A DNA stretch of 64,000 bases from Octopus bimaculoides. Taxonomy: Eukaryota. The position numbers and the translations under genes were made by a program. Position 1 is the first letter of the stretch, and each line of letters starts with the position of its first letter. The stretch is taken from NCBI RefSeq assembly GCF_001194135.2, contig NC_068983.1, positions 93,016,903 through 93,080,902 of the forward strand, in the 5' to 3' direction. This document shows positions 11,662 to 24,681 of this stretch, in pieces. The notes under the pieces were generated by a model. It did not search any database. It was given only the letters and a program-made list of their open reading frames with translations, and was not told the DNA's origin.

Positions 11662-11952
11662 ATTTGGGATTTTTATTAACATACACAGCAAGGCCAGGTG
11701 CTAACTGTGAACTATAAAATAACTTTTCTTCATCTTATTGAACTTTGGTATGGGAAAAATTTACAACCTTCTACATCAATAAACCACTGTTGTGTCTGAA
11801 AGTTGTCTTTTATACGTTCTATGGATTGCTTGAAGCTTACAAACTTTCTACATCTTGATCCTTGGATCTGACCTTTACACACACATAAAAGTTATTTTAT
11901 AGTTTACAGTTAGCACCTGGGGTTGCTGTGTATGTGAATAAAAATCCTAAAT
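11662..11952. mobile_element. MITE-like foldback, 66-bp arms
   Basis: 11662-11727 versus reverse complement of 11887-11952, about 5 mismatches; ~160-bp spacer; no clear TSD. Confidence 0.6.
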
Positions 11953-11963
11953 TGGGGAATGGA

Positions 11964-12052
<89 letters not shown>

Positions 12053-12074
12053 CACATGAATATATGTATATATA

Positions 12075-15000
12075 TCATCATCATCATTTAACGTCCGCCT
12101 TCCATGCTAGCATGGGTTGGACGATTTGACTGAGGACTGGCAAACCAGAAGGCTGCACCAGGCTCCAATCTGATCTGGCAAAGTTTCTTCAGCTGGAAAC
12201 CCTTCCTAACGCCAACCACTCCTAGAGTATAGTGGGTGCTTTTACGTGCCACTGGCACGAGGGCCAGTCAGGCGGTACTGGCAAAATGAAGGAAAGGTAC
12301 GCATAAGTGGGCTGGCTACACCCCTGGCTGAGGCCTCGGATTATGGTCTCACTTGGCTTGCCGGGTCTTCTCACGCACTGCATATTTCCAAAGGTTTTGG
12401 TCACAAGTCATTGCCTCCATGAGGCCTAATGTTCGAAGGTCATGCTTCACCACCTCAGCCCAGGTCTTCCTGGGTCTACTTCTTCCACAGGTACGCTCAA
12501 CTGCTAGGGTGTGGCACTTTTTCACACAGCTATCTACATCCATTTTCGCCACATGACCAGACCAGCGCAATCGTCTCTCTTGCATACCACAACTGATGCT
12601 TCTTAGGTCCAACTTTTCTCTCAAAGTACTTACACTCTGTCGAGTATGCACACTGATATTACACATCCATAGGAACATACTGGCTTCATTCCTTGCGAGC
12701 TTACGCATGTCCTCAGCAGTCACAGCCCATGTTTCACTGCCATGTAGCATGGCTGTTCATATACATGCATCATACAGTCTGTCTTTTACTCTGAGCGAGA
12801 GGCCCTTTGTCACCAGCAGAGGTAGGAGCTCTCTGAACTTTGTCCAGGCTATTCTTATTCTAGCAGCTACACTTTCAGCGCACCCTACCCCGCAACTGAC
12901 TTGGTCACCTAGGTGACGGAAGCAATCAACTACTTCTAGTTTTTCTCCCTGGAATGTGGCAGAAATTGTTCTCTGCACATTTTCAGTGTTTATTGCTCCT
13001 GAGCATCTGCCACATACAAAAACTATCTTCCTAGTTAGCCTTCCTTTGATATTGCTGCACTGGGTGCATCTTATAGAGTTTCTACCTATGCCTTCTCTAC
13101 AGATTGAGCAGGGCCATCTACCTCAAGGGGTTTGTAGTTTGTCTACCTTCCTATTTATTAGGACTTTAGTTTTAGCTAGGTTGACTCTAAGGCCTTTTCA
13201 TTCTAATCCTTGCTTCCACATCTGAAACTTCTCCTCTAGTTCTGATAGTAACTCAGCAATTAGAGCAATGTCATCAGCATAGAGGAGCTTCCAGGGGCAT
13301 CCTGTCATGAATTCCTCTGTCATTGCCTGGAGGACTATGATAAATAGAAAAGGGCTGAAGACAGCCTTGGTGGACCCCTACCTCTACCCGGAATTCTTCA
13401 CTGTACTCATTACCAACCCTTACCTTACTGACAGTGTCCCTGCTCGCACAGCTCTCACTAACCATTCATCTACCCCTAGTCTCTTCATTGACCACCAGAT
13501 AAAGGATCGGGGGACCCTGTCAAAGTCTTTCTTCATGTCAACGAAAGCCAGGTACAGAGGTTTATCTTTGGCTAGGTATTTCTCCTGCAGCTGTCTTACC
13601 AGAAATATAGCATCAGTGGTGCTTTTCCCTGGCACGAACCCAAACTGCATCTCATCTAAACTTACTCTCTCTCTCCCTAATTAGTTGGACTATGCTCCTC
13701 TCCGTGACCTTCATTACCTTGTCAAACAACTTGATACCTCTGTAATTATTTGTGTCTAAAGCATCACCTTTACCTTTGTAGCAGTTAACTATGGTGCTGC
13801 TACACCAGTCATTGGGTATGACTCCTTTGTGTATCACCTGGTTAACTATATGGGTGACTAGGCTATAGACGACACTGCCAGATATTTTGAGCATCTCTGC
13901 ATTGATTCCTGATGGCCGGGGCTTTCCCAGTCTTTATACTCTTGATTGCTTTATCTACCAAGGTACTGTCAATTAGGATAGCTGGTCCCTTTGTTGGGTC
14001 GACATTTGGCAGACTCTTTCTCACATTCATTCTCTTTATATATATAACATTTATTGAGCAACCTTTCATAGTGGTGTCTCCAAACCTCTCTCTTTGCAGC
14101 CTTGTTTAGTGCAAGTGAATCATCATCCATGCAGACACATTTCTCTCCTATGACATCACAATTCTCTCTCACACACTGTCTTGCAACACGAAATACTTCA
14201 AGTCTTTGGTCCTTACGACACAGAACATTGGCAAATTTTTTCTTATTTGCTTCCCCTCTGGCTAAATAAACCTGTCTCCTAGCTTCCCTTCTGGCAGTCT
14301 GATACAATTCCCAGCTACCTCCATTCTTCCAGTCCTTCCAAGCCTGTTTCTTTTATCTAATAGCCCTGTCAACCACATTGTTCCACCACCACGTTACCTT
14401 GTGTTGAGAGGGGACTTTGCACCATCCACAGATCTTGTCAGTGGATCTCAGCAGGTTGTCCCGTAAAAACCTCCAGTTGTCTTCCACATTATGTGATGCT
14501 ATATCTCCTTCTATTTCGTCGAAGGCTTCAAGTAATACGTCTCAAAATCTCTGTCCATTTGCAGGATCATTAAGCTTCCAGACCCCTCTCCTCCAAGCTG
14601 GTCTACTTCTGGGCATCCATTTAGCCCTGATCCTGAAGTTGCTAACTACTAATCTATGTTGAGGGGTACATTCTTCATCTGGGGAGGTTTTGGCATTTAT
14701 AAGCCTCCCTCTTTCTCTAGTCCTGGCGAGGATGTAGTTGATTTGGCTAGAGTGTCTGCCGGATTGGTAGGTGACTAGGTGACAGGCGGGTTTCCTGAAG
14801 TTAGTATTGCACACCATAAGATCATTTGCATCGCAGAATTCCAAGAGTCTGGTTCCCTCCTCATTGCGGGAACGAAAGCCATAGCCTCCATGTACACCCC
14901 ATGCATGTTGTCCGACATGTCCACTGAAATCACCAGCCACAAAGAGAAGGTCCCTGTCATTTGTCAACGAGGTAGTCTGCAACAGGGTGTCATAAAATTG

Positions 15001-15298
15001 GTCTTTCTGCCCATCCGATAGCCCCGGTTGAGGGGCATAGGCCGAGATGATGGTAGTGAACCCATGGTGAAGCACTAATCTAATCTTAAGTACTCCGTCA
15101 CATACTCTGACTACCTTGATTACCTTATCAACCCATTTCTCTGCAAGAAGTATACCCATGCCCCCGACCCCATCAGTGTTCCCTGCCCAGAAAATCTTGT
15201 ACCTGTGTTCTTTCCCTGTGAGGAACCTAGCGGAACCTCCTCTCCATGTTACTTCTTGGAGGCAGTACAAATCTACACGTCTCCGCTCAAGTATCTTA
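12075..15298 (-). mobile_element. RTE-clade LINE, degenerate (APE endonuclease + RT + 3'UTR); 5' end runs into an assembly gap
   Basis: APE ORF 14542-15270 (LQEV...ISAYAPQ...AGDFSGHVG...INYIL); RT fragments GFVPGKSTTDAIF, AFVDMKKDFDRV, LLYADD (13274 region), LHGSETW; (CAT)n tail at ~12075; multiple frameshifts. Confidence 0.93.
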
Positions 15299-15939
15299 NN
15301 NNNNNNNNNNNNNNNNNNNNNNNNNNNNNNNNNNNNNNNNNNNNNNNNNNNNNNNNNNNNNNNNNNNNNNNNNNNNNNNNNNNNNNNNNNNNNNNNNNNN
15401 NNNNNNNNNNNNNNNNNNNNNNNNNNNNNNNNNNNNNNNNNNNNNNNNNNNNNNNNNNNNNNNNNNNNNNNNNNNNNNNNNNNNNNNNNNNNNNNNNNNN
15501 NNNNNNNNNNNNNNNNNNNNNNNNNNNNNNNNNNNNNNNNNNNNNNNNNNNNNNNNNNNNNNNNNNNNNNNNNNNNNNNNNNNNNNNNNNNNNNNNNNNN
15601 NNNNNNNNNNNNNNNNNNNNNNNNNNNNNNNNNNNNNNNNNNNNNNNNNNNNNNNNNNNNNNNNNNNNNNNNNNNNNNNNNNNNNNNNNNNNNNNNNNNN
15701 NNNNNNNNNNNNNNNNNNNNNNNNNNNNNNNNNNNNNNNNNNNNNNNNNNNNNNNNNNNNNNNNNNNNNNNNNNNNNNNNNNNNNNNNNNNNNNNNNNNN
15801 NNNNNNNNNNNNNNNNNNNNNNNNNNNNNNNNNNNNNNNNNNNNNNNNNNNNNNNNNNNNNNNNNNNNNNNNNNNNNNNNNNNNNNNNNNNNNNNNNNNN
15901 NNNNNNNNNNNNNNNNNNNNNNNNNNNNNNNNNNNNNAG

Positions 15940-16300
15940 TCATTTGACTGCAGCCATGCTGAAGCAATGCCTTTAGTCGAGCAAGTTGACCCCAGGACTT
16001 ATTCTTTGTAAGCCTAGTACTTATTCTATTGGTCTCTTTTGCCGAACCACTAAGTTATGGGGATGTAAACACACCAGCATTGGTTGTCAAGCGATGTTGG
16101 GGGGGGGACAAACACAGACACACATATACATATATACGATGGGCTTCTTTCAGTTTCCATCTACCAAATCCACTCTCAAGGCTTTGGTCAGCCCAAGGCT
16201 ATAGTAGAAGACACTTGCCCAAGGTGCCATGCAGTGGGACTGAACCCGGAACCATGTGGTTGGTAAGCAAGCTACTTATTACACAGCCACTCCTACGCCT
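15940..16300 (-). mobile_element. tRNA-derived SINE with internal CA/TA microsatellite
   Basis: Minus-strand head GGCGTAGGAGTGGCTGTGTAATAAGTAGCTTGCTTACCAACCACATGGTTCCGGGTTCAGTCCCACTG; body matches 10260 and 50200 copies. Confidence 0.8.
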
Positions 16301-16675
16301 ATGGTAGACAGATTTAGAGAGAATGAATCAACGAAATGATAAACTTGAAAAAAATAAATAAAATGTGATGATTAACGAATATGCATGAACTTAAGGCAAA
16401 CAAGGAAGACGAAGCTATTGGAACTATGTTTACATGGTAAAGAAATAGATAAAAAAGAACGAATGGGGTGGGGTATGATCTACGCAGAAACAGGAGTACA
16501 TGAACGAGGTTGAAAAGATAAAATTTCTTATCTGATCATCTTCTGAAATTTGTATTCTATCAGCAGAGGAATTGAAAATCGAGTAGGGGAAGCAGAGTAT
16601 TGGACTGGTTTATATAGAGTTAGGGTTAGGGTGGGGAAGTGTTGGCGAATCAGGTGGTAAAATCGAAGAGAGAGA

Positions 16676-16707
<32 letters not shown>

Positions 16708-16728
16708 AAGAGAGAGAAAGAGACAGTG

Positions 16729-16769
<41 letters not shown>

Positions 16770-16869
16770 CAGTGAGGCAGAGAGAGAGAGAGGTCAGAGT
16801 TAGTAAAAGTCAATCATAAAACAATAATAATAATAATAATAATAATGATAATAACAACAACATTTAAAA

Positions 16870-17015
16870 ATAATTTAGGAATGAGAAACCAGGTTCAAAA
16901 TTTCCCCCAAGACNNNNNNNNNNCACCTGATGAAGGCTGGAGGGTATATCAGCCGAAATGTGTTAGCAACAAACAAGATGAGGACAAATATCCATCAATT
17001 GTAAATAATGTAAAT
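16870..17015 (+). mobile_element. Penelope-like element terminal fragment with degenerate hammerhead core
   Basis: CAC-CTGATGA-A-GGCTG...CAGCC-GAAA-T-GTG motif at 16924-16962; interrupted by a 10-N gap. Confidence 0.5.
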
Positions 17016-17019
17016 AAAG

Positions 17020-18810
17020 TACAGAGGTATCAAGTTGTTGGATCAGGTAATGGAAGTCATGGAGAGGGTCATAGCCCAACTAATTAGGGAGTTTAGATGA
17101 GATACAGTTTGGGTTTGTGCAAGGGAAAAGCACCACTGATGCTATACTTCTGATAAGACAGCTGCAGGAGAAATACCTAGCTAAAGTTAAACCTCTGTAG
17201 CTGGCTTTTGTTGTCATGGTAAAAGAGTTTGACAGGGTCTCCCGATCCCTTATCTGGGAGTGGCTAGTGAGAGCTGTACAAGTCATGTACAGGGATGCTG
17301 TCAGTAAGGTGAGGGTTAGCAATGAGTACAGTGAAGAATTTCATGTTGAGGTAGGGGTCCACCAAAGATCAGTCTCCAGCCCCTCTTATTTATCATAGTC
17401 ATCCAGGCAATAACAGAAGAATTCAAGATAGGATGCCGCTGGGAGCTCCTCTATGCTGATGACCTTGCTCTCATAGCCGAGTCACTATCAGAACTAGAGA
17501 AGTTTCAGGTGTGGAAGCAAGGTCTAGAATTGAAGGGACTTAGAGTCAATCTAGCAAAAACCAAAGTCATAATAAGTAGGAAGGTAGACAAACCACAAAT
17601 CCCTCCAGGGAGATGGCTCTCCTCGGTCTGTAGAAAAAAGCATAGTTAGAAACTCCATAAGATGTACCCAGTGTAAGCTATGGACACATAAGAGGTGCAG
17701 CAATATCAAAGGAAGGCTAACTGGGAAGATAGTTTTTGTGTGTGGCAAATGCTCAAGGGCAATAAACACTGAAAATGTGCAGAAAACGGCTTCTGTTACA
17801 TTCCAGGGGGAAAAACTACAAGTAGTTGATAGCTTCCATTACCAAGGTGACCAAGTCAGTAGCGGGGGTGGATGCCCTGAGAGTGTAGCTGCTACAATAA
17901 GAATAGCCTGGGCTAAGTTCAGAGAGCTCCTACCTCTGCTGGTGACAAAGGGCCTCTCACTCAGAGTAAAAGATAGACTATATTACGCATGTGTCCGAAC
18001 AGCCATGCTACATGGCAGTGAAACATGGGCCATGACTGCTGAGAACATGTGTAAGCCTGCAAGGAATGAAGTTAGTATGCTCTGCTGGATGTGTAATGTC
18101 AGTGTGCATACACGACAGTGTAAGCACCCTGAGAGAAAAGTTGGACATAAAAAGCATCAGATGTGGTGTACAAGAGAGACGACTGCGCTGGCATGGTCAT
18201 GTGTTGCATTTGGATGAGGACAGTGGTGTGAAAAGTGTCACACCCTAGCAGGAGAGGAAGACCTGGGATGAGGTGGTGAAGCACGACCTTTGAATGTTGG
18301 GCCTCACCGAGGCAATGACATGTGACCGAGACCTTTGGAGATATGCTGTGCTTGAGAAGACTCGGCAAGCCAGGTGAGACCATAACTGTTGGCCTATGCC
18401 AGTGCAGCATACCCGGCCTATTTAAGAGTACCTGTCAATCATTGGGCAATAAACTGTGCTTGCGAAGACCTGTTGAGGTAAGTGAAATTGTTGTCACGGC
18501 CGATGATAGCACTCTCTGATTGGCACGTAAAAAAAGCACCATTCAAGTGTGGTCGATGCCAGTACCACCTGACTAGTCCCGTGCCAGTGGCATGTACAAA
18601 GCACCATTCGAGTACAATCGTTGCCAGTGCCACCTGACTGGGCCCCATGCCGGTGGCACGTAAAAAGCACCCGCTACCACTCTCTGAGTGGTTGGCATTA
18701 GGAAGGGTATCCAGCTGTAGAAACTTTGCCAGACCAGATTGGAGCCTGGTGCAGCCTTCTGGCTTGCCAGTCCTCAGTCAAACTGTCCAACCCATACCAG
18801 CATGGAGAAC
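17020..18810 (+). mobile_element. 5'-truncated RTE-clade LINE (RT + 3'UTR)
   Basis: Starts at YRGIKLLDQ; FGFVQGKSTTDA, LLYADDLAL, IRIAWAKFRELLPLL, MLHGSETW; 3'UTR with ~65-bp tandem units; homologous to 12075-13700 in opposite orientation. Confidence 0.92.
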
Positions 18811-18834
18811 ATGAAGGAACACACACATGTATTT

Positions 18835-18990
18835 ATGAGTAGTTTCTTTCAGTTTCTGTATACCAAATCTCCTCCCAAAACTTTTTCATCCTGGAGCTAT
18901 AATAGAAGACATTTACACAAGGTACTGTGCAATTGGACTGAACCTGAAATCACAGTTTGGATATGAACTTCTTAACCACACAGCTGACCT
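18835..18990 (-). mobile_element. SINE 5' fragment
   Basis: TTTCAGTTTCTGTATACCAAATC...AATAGAAGACATTTACACAAGGT..GGACTGAACCTGAAA..CTTAACCACACAGC matches the SINE head at 16140-16300. Confidence 0.6.
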
Positions 18991-19849
18991 TAATCAAGAA
19001 CATAACTCTGCTCACTCCAACTTGCCAGACTGACAATACTGGTGCTACTTTCTGCTTCATTGTTGAATGGTTAGCAGTGGAAAGCACATTCAGTTTTAAC
19101 TGTCCCAACCAAAGCAAAACCAATGAAAATGATTTCACCATACAAGAAAGTAAATGGAAAAGTAATAAAAACGAACAGTATAGATTCTTTATATTTTTAA
19201 GTATATGGATGTGTTTGCAAACATTTGTTGCATTCAAAATGAAGGTACAACAGATATGACAAATAGAGGGAATATGTCATCAACATATAGTTGTTTATCT
19301 GCAGATAATCTCGCACCTACAATAAAAAACAATTTATACATTATAAGCTATCATATTTTTGCAGACACAGAAAATCTAGAACACCCCAAAATAGTTTCTT
19401 CCACTTTTGATGATCATTAGGTATAATTTGACTAAGATTTGGCTGTTTTTTCTAGTAAGTTAAGTGGTTACATAAAAGTTCCCTCATTCACTCGATCCTA
19501 ATGGTCTTCTGTAACTGATTAGTACATGATATACACTTACAGCTGAAACATATGCACAAGGCAAGCTAAATTGGAATTATTAAATCAGTGCAAATATATT
19601 CGACAATACAACAGATAACTCCCTCCTCATCTACAGCAGAAACATTAATATCAATTTATATAGCAGCTCTTTTGGATATATCTGGGGTTTTTTCACTTCA
19701 GAATATGGTTTTAACAAGCTACAATATAAAGCATTTTAAGCAAATATGGAGTTTCTATGCAAATACTTTCAAATGGAAAAGCAAAAGCCTTTTCTTTAGG
19801 GAACAATGAGTTACACAATTCAGTATAGTGGGACGTTCAGTAAAACATG

Positions 19850-20090
19850 TAGATTATGGTTGTGTGGGTTAAGATGTTTGCTATGCAATTATGTAACTCC
19901 TGGTTCAATTCACCTTGTGATATCTCGGGAAAGTAATATTCTACCACATCCTCAAACTGGCCAAAGCCTTGCAAGTGAAATTGCTAGTCAGAAACTGCAC
20001 AAAATCCAAACCTTTACTTTCTAGGTTTAAATCCCATACTGGGTGACTTTGCCTTTCACCCATCTAAGGTTGATAAAATAAATACTAGTT
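19850..20090 (+). mobile_element. Decayed SINE head(s)
   Basis: GGTTGTGTGGGTTAAGATGTTTGCT..CCTGGTTCAATTC..CCAAAGCCTTGCAAGTGAA, then GACTTTGCCTTTCACC..GTTGATAAAATAAATACTAG. Confidence 0.55.
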
Positions 20091-23028
20091 AATCCGAATG
20101 CACTACTATGAGACATTCAATGAAATATGTTTGACCAAAGCTATCCAAAAATAGTAACTGTATTTTAAAATTGCTTAAACATTACTTGGCCTTTTTGCCT
20201 TATCACTGACATTCAATCAAACCAATTCCATTTTGGGAATATATTTTAATGCTCTCAAATCAACTGAAGTGAAAGACTGGAAAATATCTTAATACTATCC
20301 ATTTTATTAAATAAACAAAATTTTAGGTATGGATTTATAAGTTTAAAAATAATGAATTCTTTAAAAATGGTAAGCTCTGGAGTGCTATTCTAGATAACAA
20401 ATCCCATCACAGCTACCATTTAAGAGATATGGTGTAAATAGCTGCTTTCTTACTGAAAATGTGCTTAAATTACACAGTACAGCTGCAAGTCCATATACCA
20501 AAATGTTTTATCACAGAGCTCACACTGAGAAAACTATTGTGATGATTACTTTGAGATAACTTATATGTAGTATTTTAAATATCTGGCATTTTAATGTATT
20601 TCACTGAATTTTATTATCTAGGTAATGTTCTTGAAAGGATTCATTTTTATAGTTCTGGAATATTGAATAAAAAAGTATCTGGAATAATGAAAAGTAAAAT
20701 ATACTAAACATAAAACTTCCAGTTCTATTTGACATGAGGGAATTCTCTTTTAGCTACCAATATTTGAAAGTATCTACACCAGGAAAGAAGCAAATTATTG
20801 TTTGTTATATAAACAAGCCAAGCTATTACAATAATGAGAATTTTGGCATCTAAAATGGAAAGTGGATAATACTGAAATCACCTATGAAGTTGAAAATAAC
20901 TTAACTTAATTTGTCCAGGCTTAATTAATTGATAGAATCACCTTTATTAAATATCCAAGATTCCTTCACCAACATGCTAAAATCACTGACTAGCTATTAT
21001 TTTCAAAAGTCTTATTTCTTTGTTTTACATTACTCCTTTATTAAGAAAACTTAAAGGGGTCCAATTCCTCCCTTTATTTCTTTAATAGTTCTCCAGCATT
21101 CACAAACATTAATACAAGCAAGGAAAAAATGGATGTAAAATGTTGATGATATTAAAGATTTTACCTGAATTGATTATGTGCAAGTTTTGAGTGCTAGATA
21201 TTTTTGATTACCAGAATCTGGCAGGACTTTAAAGGCATTAGGCGATAGTTTCCAAAGACATCAGCAACTACATTTGAAGGTATTAGTTGATATTTTTTTG
21301 CTTCATTATAAATCCTTCTTTTGCAACCCACATAATTTTCAAGACAGATAAATAGACTTACTTTCAAGATATACCCATCTTGCATTTTGACATATTATAC
21401 AGAAAGGCATATATCATTTTAACTTAGGAAGTGTAAGTAACAATTAAAATATAGGTGAGATGCACATTCATTATCTTAAGCCCAGCTTACACCCTTTCTC
21501 ATATCAGTCCTGAAAGCCCTGGAAAAGAGGGCCATGAATGCTGCCCTTTTCCCTCTGACTAAGCCATGGAAAACAAACAAACTTTAAAAAAAACATATAA
21601 TAATGAAAATATTGATGACAAACTTCTAACTCCATCACCAGTGTTATATCTTACATTGCTCAAAAACTCAAATATTGTTTTACATCTAACCAATAAGGCT
21701 TTGAAAATCAAATTATCTAAAAATCTATGTTATGACCAGTATAAACATTGTTAATTCAATTAAGACTGATTTTGGTTCCATGCTACAAATCCATCTCAGA
21801 TTAACCTTTGTCCTATGTTACCAATCCACTAGAATGTAAATTGGGGTAGAGCCCCTATGAAATTGCTTGACTTGTTAGAAATAACTAAATTCTCTCTAAA
21901 TTTACCCCATCATCTTAAAAATAACGATGCATTGGACAATGTAGTTCTGGTTGTATAAAAAAGGGGAGATGGTAATAGCTGGTCTGCTCAATTAGAGCTG
22001 ATCTTTACTAAGCATCAACAGACCAACCATATAAGATTGCTCATATCTAAATTGAGATCAAGGAAATAATATGTGACTTCAAAGATATAAGAAACTTTTA
22101 AGTTCTAAAACCCAAATCACAAGCAATAAATAAAACCTCTTCAAAATTCTGAATTATTTAAACATTTTCTTTTTCCATAATCATTTGGAGAGTAGGGCCT
22201 CTCCTATGATCAATGCATCCTCTCCCAGACTAATGTGGTTGATTTAGCAGCACATACATAGAGTTGCATTCTGGGAATTGCAGTTTTTGGTGCAATTTTG
22301 GAAGTTAGGTACTAGACAAGACAAGAAGTAGGGTAAATACATGAATCACAAATAAAATTTGTATCAGTGTGTTTAGCTAGAAATAGCTGAGAGCAATTGA
22401 TATGGAGAAAGAAGAGTGTGAGGGACATAATCAAAAGATGGAGCATGCCAGAGTTAATAGGATGGAGAGAGAGCCTAATTAACACACTGTAATAGAGTAG
22501 CCAAGAAACTTTTAATCAAAGAGTTGAGAGATGGATAGATGGAACACTTAAGTGAGAACTTAGCTGGGGGTAATTATGTCAGACAAGACTGAAGGTTTTG
22601 CTCATGTTAAGATCAATGATGTCTCTTACACCAATACTTTGAAAGTGAAAGGTAACTAGTGTATGAAAGGTGGAAAAGCTATCCCACGTTGCACACAACT
22701 AGAGAGTTAAGAGGGAGGGAGAGGGAGAGAAAAGGAGAGGGAGAGAGAGAGAGAGAGAGAGAGAGTGTGTGTGTGTGTGTGTGAAGTGAGATAACTATGA
22801 TGTAGGATAACAAATAGTAGATCTGGCTGTACAGAAAACATACTGAGAAAATTCAAGGTGATAAAGGAAGGTAATTGCTTATGACTGCTTACATCCTATT
22901 TGGGGCACTATACATAATTTGATGTACTATACACTTATTATAAGAAGATGGCAGTAAGCTGGAAAGATTTTAACTAAGCTTACCTGATTAAAAGATAGAA
23001 ATCATAAGGTTAAAGAAAAGCTCTAGAG

Positions 23029-23423
23029 CAGTGGTTCTTAACCCCCACATTTTCTTTTTTTTTTTGGAGCAACCCATTTGAAATAGTTGTTATGCCTAGT
23101 ACCCACCTAAGTGGAAATTGAGGTCTCACAACTAAACTAACTTAATATGGATGATAATTCATAAATTTTACTCTAAAAATGGATTGTATAAGCTTTTAAC
23201 AGTGAAATGATAAGTTGTAAATTTAGTTTATACATTGCAATTTAACGACTTCTCTGTGTCTGGTGATATTTCATTTTATTTTGATAACCATTACTAGTGT
23301 TATCATGTAGAATATAATTACTACTATAATAAAATTTAGTATATTAATTATACTACCTCACTACCCCCTTCAACATGCCCAGTACCCCCTTGCGGGCAGT
23401 GCCACCAACATTGATAATCTCTG
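23029..23423. mobile_element. Non-autonomous hAT (Charlie/Buster-type) element, 395 bp
   Basis: Perfect 8-bp TSD CTCTAGAG (23021-23028 and 23424-23431), matching the nTCTAGAn Buster/Charlie target preference; imperfect TIRs CAGTGGTTCTTAAC / rc CAGAGATTATCAAT. Confidence 0.85.
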
Positions 23424-23639
23424 CTCTAGAGTAATGAGGTCCTAAAAAAATATCTTAGACAAAATTTAAAAGCATAGTTGTTCATCAGCTTGTAAAATGT
23501 AAAAATTGGAAAGTGAAATGCAAATGAATATTTTCCAATGTTTATGGCACCAAAATGATCAGACAATTATTCAGTTCATCTTCAATTAATGCTCATTAAT
23601 ATATCACAGCCCCCACTTCTTTCACTAATGCTCGTAATC

Positions 23640-24600
23640 ATTTCGAACTTAGGCACAAAGCTAACAATATGGGTAGGAGGAGAAGGTAGTCAATTACATT
23701 AGACCCAATATTTCAAAATTAGTTTATAACATTGCCTCTGGAAGGATGAAAAGCAAACTTTGCTTTGGTGGACTTGAATTCAGAATGTCAAGAGCGAGGA
23801 CAAATACTGCAAAACATCTTGTCCAATCCAATCCAATTCTCTAATGATTTTGCCAACCCACTGCCATTATAATAATTTGTAATTTAGGTATTTAGGTACA
23901 AGGCCAGCAATTTTGAAGGCAGGGGTTAGTCAATTACATCAACCCAATACTTAATTGGTACTTTATTTTAATAACCTTGACTGGATGGGAAGGTAAAGTT
24001 GACCTCAGCAGGATTTGAACTCAACATAAAGAGCTGTAGCTAAATACATTTCGTTCAATCTTCTGATACTTCTGCCAATCTTCCTCCTCCTACACCACTG
24101 CCACAATAATAATTGTTTCTGATATAGGCATAAAGCCAAGAATTTTAAGGAGAGGGATTAGTTGATATCACTGAGTATTTGACTGGAATTATATTTTATT
24201 GACCCACCCCCATGGGAATGAAAGGCAAAGTTAACTTTGGCTTTCATTTGAACTTTGAATGTAAAGAACTGGAATGAAAAGTATTTTGATTAACATTCAG
24301 CAACTCCATTGCTGTTATAACAATAATAATAGCCATATTTTCAAATTTTAGCACAAGACCTGCAATTCTGAGGGAGGGACTAAATCAATCACATTGACTT
24401 CAGCGATCCTGTAAAATGATAAGTAAAGTCAGCACTGGCAGAATTTGAATTCAGAATATAAAGGGTTGGTACTTCAATTTATCAATCTCAGAAAGATGAA
24501 CGGCAAGGTTAAAGTTAACCTTGGTAGGATTTGAAATCAGAACAAAGAATTAGAAGAAATACTACAAGGCATTTTGTCTGAAGCTCTGACAATTCTTGTA
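23640..24600 (-). mobile_element. Second head-to-tail array of ~4 SINE copies (same family as 6670-7495), followed by a long (AAT)n run to ~24720
   Basis: Repeated AGTCAATTACAT, GGTAAAGTTGACCTCAGCAGGATTTGAACTC, AAAGTTAAC-TTGG..TTTGAA units with AAT linkers. Confidence 0.75.
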
Positions 24601-24621
24601 GTAGTAGTAGTAGTAGTCATG

Positions 24622-24681
<60 letters not shown>

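Noticed and set aside
15116-16011. Long ORFs of 223-286 aa
   Set aside because: They are mostly runs of N (assembly gap); the same applies to ORFs over 49458-49597 and 57124-57463.
16620-16633. TTAGGGTTAGGG as interstitial telomere
   Set aside because: Only two units; expected by chance or within repeats.
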